A DNA stretch of 64,000 nucleotides from an uncultured Acidobacteriota bacterium (GTDB lineage: Bacteria; Acidobacteriota; Thermoanaerobaculia; Multivoradales; SZUA-115). A program made the position numbers and the translations under genes. Below the pieces are notes generated by a model, which worked only from the letters and a program-made list of their open reading frames with translations, ran no database searches and was not told the origin of the DNA. The stretch is taken from positions 352,001-416,000 of the forward strand of contig CAWDVR010000002.1 of NCBI GenBank assembly GCA_963805975.1. The letters are read 5' to 3'. Position 1 is the stretch's first letter. Every line of letters begins with the position of its first letter. Below are positions 58,343 to 64,000 of this stretch, piece by piece.

Positions 58343-60928
58343 ATGAGCCCAGCCACCGGAGCGATCATCCTGCGTCTGCTCCTGGCGCTCCCGGCAGCCA
58401 GCGTCGGGGCCGAGGACGACGGCCTCCTCGGTTGCGAGGCTCTGCTCCGGCAAGCGCCGGATGCGGAGGCCGGGCCGAAGTGCCTCTTCGAGCTGGCGGT
58501 GAGCCAGGAGCCGGGCTCGCGGTCCGCAGCCCAACGTCTTTCGGATCTGCAGCGGCGGCAGCCGGAGAACCCGTGGCCTAGCCTCTATCTCGGCCGCTGG
58601 CGTTGGAACCAGCGCTCGCCCGACGTCGAAAGGATCTTCCGCCAGGCAGCCGAGGCCGCCGCGCGCCGGCACGAGGCACGGGTAGAAGTTCCGGCGCGGG
58701 AGGGGCTCGTCCGCCTGCTCCGCGGCCAGGGCCGCGTCGCCGAGGCAGGCCGCGAGCGGGCGCTCGCCCGGGCTGCAGCTCAGCGGAGCGGCGACCCCGC
58801 GCTCCTCGCCCGCGCTGCGATGCTCGACGCGCAGGAGTCCCTCGACGCCGGGAGGGACCTCGAGCGGGCCTGGCAGTCCTTGGTGCGCCTGGACGATAGG
58901 GCCCTCACCGAGCCGGCCGCCTGGCGCGAGTGCCAGCGCCTCCGGGCGCACCTCGCCTACCAGACCGGGAGGTACGACGAGGGTCGGAAGGTGCTCCGCG
59001 AGCTCGCGGAGCAGGCGGCGGCCGAGGGCAACAGCGGCTGGGCCGCGGCCGCGCTCCTCTTGAAAGCGAACTTCTTCCTCGACGAGCAGCGGGAGCTGCC
59101 GACGGCGGGCGGCCGGGAGGAGCTCCTGTCCCAGGCCAGGGAGGCGGCTGCGGCCGCGGCGCTGGCCCAGCGGCCCGAGACCGAGGCCGGGGCCCTCTGG
59201 CTGGCCGGGTCGGCGGCAGGCGGTGAGGCGGGCCGGCCCTCTCTCGAGCGCTGCCTGGAGCTGACCCGCACGGACTCGTTGAGGAGCTCCTGCGCTTCCG
59301 CCCTGGCGCTGGCGCTGGCCGAATCCGATCCCGCCCGAGCCACGGCCGAGCTCGACGAGGCAATGGCTCGGGCAGCGCGCTCGGGTCAGGTGTTGCCGCG
59401 GATCAGCGCCTGGCTGGCGCGCATGCACGTCTCCTGGGCCATCTCCCCCCGCGAGCGAGCGCTCGCCGACTCGCGAGCCGCCCTGGACGAGATCGAGGCC
59501 CTGCGCGACCGGCAGGCGGGCACCGCGAGCCAGCCGGGCCTCTTCTCCACCTGGACCGAGGACTACTACTGGCTCTCCGGCCACCTGCTCGAAGGAGAGC
59601 ATCCCGAGGCGCTGGAGCAGGGCTTCGCGGTCCTCGAGCGCATGCGCTCCCGCACCCTGATGGACGCGCTCGGGCTCGCCCGCTCCGGAGCGGACACCGA
59701 CTTCGTTTCGCTCGCAGAGCTCCGCCGGGAGCTCGCTTCCGACGAAGCTCTGCTCTCGTTCCAGGTGGCACCCTGGCGGGACTGGACCGGCGATTTCGGC
59801 GGTGGCACTTGGCTCGTCGCGTCTACGCAGGAGGGGACTCGACGCTACCGCCTGACGGGAGATCGTACGTGGCTGCGGCCGGCAGCCAGCACCTTCGCGG
59901 GTCTGGTCGCGAAGCGCGACGGCGCGGAGGCCGGCGCCGCCGGCGTCCTCTATCAGAAGCTCCTCGCTGGAGCCCTGGCCGATCTGCCGCCCGGTGTCGA
60001 GCGGCTGACGCTGATCCCGGACGACGCTCTCCACCGGCTGCCGTTTGCCGCACTCTCCAACGAGGGCCAGCCGCTCGCCGCCCGCTACCGGCTGACTCTG
60101 GTGCCCTCCGCCACCCTCTGGTTGCGGCTGCGCCGGGCGCCGGAACGGCCGGCCGCCGTTCGCGCCCTGGCGCTGGCGGACCCTGCTCTCGTCATGGAAA
60201 GCTCTCAACCCGGCGAGTCGCGCCCGTTGCCGGAGCTGCCCTTCGCCCGCCGGGAAGCCAGATCGGTGGTTCGGCTGCTGGGCGGCGGCAGCGTGCTCGG
60301 GCTCGATGAGGAGGCTTCCGAGGCCCTGGTGAAGGCGGCGCCCGCCGGCCGCTACGGCCTGCTCCACTTCGCCACCCACGCGGTGGTCGACGCCGTGGAG
60401 CCCGAGCGCTCGTACGTGCTGCTCGCTCCCGGCGGCCCCGCCGAGGACGGGCGGCTCACGGTGCGGGAGATCGTCGATCTCGACCTCGCGGGCCGCGTGG
60501 TGGTCCTCTCTTCGTGCTCGACCGCCGCCGGCGCCGTGCTCCGGGGCGAAGGCGTGATGAGCCTCGCCCGCGCCTTCTTCCAGGCCGGCGCCACGACCGT
60601 TGTGGCGACCCTCTGGCCGCTGCGCGACGACGACGGCGCCGCCCTCTTCGAGCGCTTCTACGCCCACCTGGCGCGCGGCGAGACCGTGGCCGGCGCCCTC
60701 CAGGCGGCGCAGCGCGACCGCATCGCGGACGGCGCCCCGGCCGAGGCCTGGGCCGGCGCCGTGGTGCTGGGCCACGGCGACGTCGTGCCGCTTCCGGGCG
60801 GGCGGCCCTGGTGGGTGCGTCACGGCCGCGGGCTGCTGCTCGGCCTCGCCGGTCTGCTCGCGCTCCTGGGGCTGGTGGCTACAGCGCGAAGTGCCAGCCG
60901 AGGGCCCGCGACAGCTCGGCCAGGATGA
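58343..60928 (+). CDS. Exported TPR-like/CHAT protease with C-terminal TM anchor
   Basis: Signal peptide; LIPDDALHRLPFAAL, LHFATHA, VVLSSC, VVATLWPLRD; hydrophobic C-terminus. Confidence 0.88.
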   Translation: MSPATGAIILRLLLALPAASVGAEDDGLLGCEALLRQAPDAEAGPKCLFELAVSQEPGSRSAAQRLSDLQRRQPENPWPSLYLGRWRWNQRSPDVERIFRQAAEAAARRHEARVEVPAREGLVRLLRGQGRVAEAGRERALARAAAQRSGDPALLARAAMLDAQESLDAGRDLERAWQSLVRLDDRALTEPAAWRECQRLRAHLAYQTGRYDEGRKVLRELAEQAAAEGNSGWAAAALLLKANFFLDEQRELPTAGGREELLSQAREAAAAAALAQRPETEAGALWLAGSAAGGEAGRPSLERCLELTRTDSLRSSCASALALALAESDPARATAELDEAMARAARSGQVLPRISAWLARMHVSWAISPRERALADSRAALDEIEALRDRQAGTASQPGLFSTWTEDYYWLSGHLLEGEHPEALEQGFAVLERMRSRTLMDALGLARSGADTDFVSLAELRRELASDEALLSFQVAPWRDWTGDFGGGTWLVASTQEGTRRYRLTGDRTWLRPAASTFAGLVAKRDGAEAGAAGVLYQKLLAGALADLPPGVERLTLIPDDALHRLPFAALSNEGQPLAARYRLTLVPSATLWLRLRRAPERPAAVRALALADPALVMESSQPGESRPLPELPFARREARSVVRLLGGGSVLGLDEEASEALVKAAPAGRYGLLHFATHAVVDAVEPERSYVLLAPGGPAEDGRLTVREIVDLDLAGRVVVLSSCSTAAGAVLRGEGVMSLARAFFQAGATTVVATLWPLRDDDGAALFERFYAHLARGETVAGALQAAQRDRIADGAPAEAWAGAVVLGHGDVVPLPGGRPWWVRHGRGLLLGLAGLLALLGLVATARSASRGPATARPG

Positions 60929-61829
60929 GATGGCCGCGGACGCTGCCGCCCTTGGCGTTGACCCGCGGCGAGGAGACGGCAAGGCCGGCGCGGCCGGTGG
61001 CCACGGCCACGATCACCCCGGACACCCCGCTCTTGGCCGGCAGGCCGGTCGCCAGGAGATGCGAGCCGGATTCGTCGTACATGCCGCAGGTGGCCATCAG
61101 GGACACGACACAGCTCGCCGTTCGCGGGGAGAGCAGCGCCTCGCCCGTGCCCGGCGCGACGCCGCCGGTGGCGAGCACCGCCGCCAGGCGCGAGGCGGCG
61201 CCAGCCCCGGCCTCGAACGAACAGAGGGAGAAATAGGTCTCGAGCGTCTCCGGCACCTCGGAGAGCAGGCTGCCCAGGCTCTTCAAGTACCAGGCGATGG
61301 CGCGGTTGCGGTCGCCGGTGCGCCGTTCCGAGTCGAGCACCCGCTGGTTGATCGCCAGCCGCTCGCCGTAGAGCCGCTCCATCCACCGCCCAAGCCAGGC
61401 GAGCTTGGCTTCGAGGTCGCCGGGGACCAGCGAGGAGAGAGCGATGGCGCCGGCGTTGACCAGCGGGTTCGCCGGCTGCGGGCCGTGGGTCTCGAGGCGC
61501 GCGATCGAGGAGAACGAGGCCCCGGAGGGCTCGGCGCCGACGCGGGAGAACACGCGCTCCTCGCCCTGCTCTTCGAGCAGGCCGGCCAAGAGCACCAGCT
61601 TGGCCGAGCTCTGGAGGGTGAACCGGTGGCGCGCCGCATCGCCGGCCTCGATCCGGGTGCCGTCCGCGAGCGTGACGGCGGCGCTCGTCTGCTCCAGGTC
61701 GATGTTGGCGAGCTCCGGGATGTAGGCCGCGGGTGCCCCGGAAGCGTCTCGGCGCGCTCCTTCCACCGCCGCCTCGAGAACGGCGGCGACGCGGGCGGGG
61801 TCGGGCGGATGCGATGAGAGCTGGCTCAA
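60879..61829 (-). CDS. glsA: Glutaminase
   Basis: AYIPELA, FTLQSSAK (SxxK), NPLVNAGA, CGMYD, GLPAKSGVSG; TTG start overlapping the upstream stop. Confidence 0.9.
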   Translation of the reverse strand: MSQLSSHPPDPARVAAVLEAAVEGARRDASGAPAAYIPELANIDLEQTSAAVTLADGTRIEAGDAARHRFTLQSSAKLVLLAGLLEEQGEERVFSRVGAEPSGASFSSIARLETHGPQPANPLVNAGAIALSSLVPGDLEAKLAWLGRWMERLYGERLAINQRVLDSERRTGDRNRAIAWYLKSLGSLLSEVPETLETYFSLCSFEAGAGAASRLAAVLATGGVAPGTGEALLSPRTASCVVSLMATCGMYDESGSHLLATGLPAKSGVSGVIVAVATGRAGLAVSSPRVNAKGGSVRGHLILAELSRALGWHFAL

Positions 61830-63049
61830 ATCACTTTCCACCAGGGCGCAGCGAGCACCCCGTCTGCGATCCACTCGATCTCCTCTCCGGTGTGGAGGAG
61901 CAGGCCCGCGCGAGCTCCTTGCTCCCGGAGAAAGAGGGCCAGCGACTTGGCCTGCTGGATCGACGGCCGGGGCGTGGACTTGATCTCCACGGGCAGGATC
62001 TCGCCCTTCCACTCGACGACCAGGTCCACCTCGTCGCCCGTCGCGGTGCGCCAATGGTAGACCTCGGGCCGGCGGACCTCGCTCGACTGCCAGGCCAGCA
62101 GGTCGGCGAGAATCAAATTCTCGAGATGCTCACCTCGAGGCTGGCTCTCTCCCGAGAGAAAGAGTGCCAGACCGGTGTCCACCCAATAGATCTTCGGCGC
62201 CTTGATCAGCCGCTTGGTTCGGTTGGCGAAGTAGGCCGGTACGCGAACGAGCTGATAGGAGGTTTCGAGCAGCGACAGGTGGCGCCCCACGGTCGGTTGG
62301 GTGATGCCGAGATCGCGGGCCATCTCCGTCTGGTTGGCGAACGTCCCCAGCCGCAGGCAGGCAGCCCGCATGAGCTGCCGGAACTCGACCAGGGAGGTCA
62401 CTGAGGAGAGGTCTCTCAAGTCGCGCTCGAGGTAGGTCTGGGTATAACCGGCGAACCACAGCTCGCGCTCTTCGTCCGTTCGCAGGTGATGCGCCGGCAC
62501 GGGATAGCCGCCGCGGACCGCCAGCGCGCGCCAGTCCGCTTTCGCCTCCGGCCGGTTCCGCAGCACCTCCGGCCAGCTCTCCTCCGGAGTGGCGAACAGC
62601 TCCCGCCACGCTCCCGGCCGCGCTGCGCCAGCCAGCTCGCCGCGGGTCATGGGCCCGAGCGTGAGGTAGACGGCCCGGCCGGCCAGGCTGTCGGCGATCC
62701 GCTTCATGAGCAGCAGGTTGGCGGAGCCGGTCAGCAGATAGCGGCCGGCGACGCGCCCGTCGTCCACCGCGCGCTTGACCGCCAGCAGGAGATCTGGCGA
62801 GCGCTGGACCTCGTCGAAGGTCAGACGGCCCCCGCTCCGCACCAGCGCGTCGGGCTCACGCCGCGCACGCTCCAGAACCTCGAGGTCGTCCAGGCTGTAG
62901 TAAGTCCGATCGCCGTCCTCTACGAGCCGGCGAGCCAGCGTGCTCTTGCCGGTCTGGCGCGCGCCCGTGACCACGACCACAGGAAAGGAAGCCAGGGCGC
63001 GTTCTACGGCTGGTTCCAGCAAACGGGCGACAGGGTGGGGCTCAGCCAT
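61826..63049 (-). CDS. AAA+ ATPase with DUF4143 domain
   Basis: GARQTGKST, DEVQR, LTGS, GGYP, KAPKIYWVDTG, EVDLV..VEIK. Confidence 0.9.
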   Translation of the reverse strand: MAEPHPVARLLEPAVERALASFPVVVVTGARQTGKSTLARRLVEDGDRTYYSLDDLEVLERARREPDALVRSGGRLTFDEVQRSPDLLLAVKRAVDDGRVAGRYLLTGSANLLLMKRIADSLAGRAVYLTLGPMTRGELAGAARPGAWRELFATPEESWPEVLRNRPEAKADWRALAVRGGYPVPAHHLRTDEERELWFAGYTQTYLERDLRDLSSVTSLVEFRQLMRAACLRLGTFANQTEMARDLGITQPTVGRHLSLLETSYQLVRVPAYFANRTKRLIKAPKIYWVDTGLALFLSGESQPRGEHLENLILADLLAWQSSEVRRPEVYHWRTATGDEVDLVVEWKGEILPVEIKSTPRPSIQQAKSLALFLREQGARAGLLLHTGEEIEWIADGVLAAPWWKVI

Positions 63050-63168
63050 TCGGATAGCTCGCTCTCGATGCATTCCATGCATCGGATGCATGATTATCAT
63101 GCGTGACGCGCATGATTTGCAAACAGGGCGGGCGCAGGTACACAGCGGGAGAAACATAAGATCCCCTC

Positions 63169-64000
63169 ATGTCCCCCGTCTCCGCCGCGCGTCTGTCGCT
63201 CCTCGTGGGCATCGCGGTGCTGGGGCTCAAGTGGCTGGCCTGGTGGCTCACCGGGTCGGTAGCGCTCTATTCCGATGCCCTCGAGTCGGTGGTCAACGTG
63301 GTGGCCGCCGGCGTGGCGCTCGCCGCTGTCACCGTCGCGCGCCGGCCGGCCGATGCCACGCACGCCTTCGGCCACACCAAGGCGGAGTACTTCTCGGCGG
63401 TGCTCGAGGGCGTGCTGATCGTGCTGGCGGCGCTCGCCATCGGCCGCGAGGCCTGGCACGGCCTCGCCGACCCGCGGCCGGTCGCGGGACTGGACCGTGG
63501 CCTCGCCGTGTCGCTCGCCGCCTCGGTGGCGAACGGCGCCCTGGCCTGGTACCTGGTGCGGCTCGGCAGGCGGCAGCACTCCCCGGCCCTGCGGGCGGAC
63601 GGCATCCATCTGGCCACCGACGTGGTGACCTCGGTGGGCGTCGTGGCCGGCATCGGTCTCGCCGCCGCCACCGGCTACTGGGTGCTCGACCCGCTGCTGG
63701 CGCTGGTGGTGGCGCTCAATATTCTCTGGGCCGCGTGGAGGCTGATGCAGGAGTCCCTCTCGGGCCTGATGGACGCAGCCCTGCCGCCGGCCGAGCTCGC
63801 TCGCCTCACCAGCCTGCTCGGCCAGGCACCGCCCGGCGTGCTCGAGGTCCACGACGTGAAGACCCGGCGTGCAGGCCACGCCACCTTCGTGCAGTTCCAC
63901 CTGGTGGTCGCCGGCACGATGGCGGTGGACGAGGCCCACCGGATCTGCGATCGCCTCGAAAGCGAGGTCCACCAGCTCGTTCCCGGCGCGCAGGTGGTGA
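63169..64000 (+). CDS. Cation diffusion facilitator (FieF-like), 3'-truncated by the window edge
   Basis: Not in the ORF track; reads MSPVSAARLSLLVG..GSVALYSDALESVVN..PADATHAFGHTKAEY..ADGIHLATD. Confidence 0.9.
   Translation, partial: MSPVSAARLSLLVGIAVLGLKWLAWWLTGSVALYSDALESVVNVVAAGVALAAVTVARRPADATHAFGHTKAEYFSAVLEGVLIVLAALAIGREAWHGLADPRPVAGLDRGLAVSLAASVANGALAWYLVRLGRRQHSPALRADGIHLATDVVTSVGVVAGIGLAAATGYWVLDPLLALVVALNILWAAWRLMQESLSGLMDAALPPAELARLTSLLGQAPPGVLEVHDVKTRRAGHATFVQFHLVVAGTMAVDEAHRICDRLESEVHQLVPGAQVV

Noticed and set aside
61826-63049. Mobile element or defence-system call for the AAA-DUF4143 gene
   Set aside because: No partner genes, terminal repeats or transposase; a common standalone family.

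Overview
A GC-rich bacterial window of about 50 genes. Two duplicated orphan (ADOP-type) ABC permeases, an Oar-type TonB-dependent receptor and an 'FWFFxxxNxExxxKVLxGC' domain suggest Acidobacteriota, possibly Thermoanaerobaculia (inference). Housekeeping and metabolic genes are polA, threonine dehydrogenase with kbl, glutaminase and a CDF transporter. The window also holds a YbhG/F/S/R-like TolC-HlyD-ABC export operon split by three tandem beta-helix paralogs, three toxin-antitoxin pairs, a QseE/F/G-like sigma54 two-component system, two ECF sigma / zinc anti-sigma / TPR-CHAT protease loci, and a doubly frameshifted lysyl-endopeptidase-like protease. The most interesting candidate is at 36.1-41.8 kb: a 71-aa Trp-containing peptide ORF, a ComQ-like isoprenyltransferase and a PDZ/multi-TM histidine kinase, divergent from a REC-EAL protein. 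This resembles a ComQXP-type prenylated-peptide quorum-sensing system with c-di-GMP output. No rRNA, tRNA, CRISPR array or transposase was recognised. All product calls come from motif recognition by eye, not from database searches.
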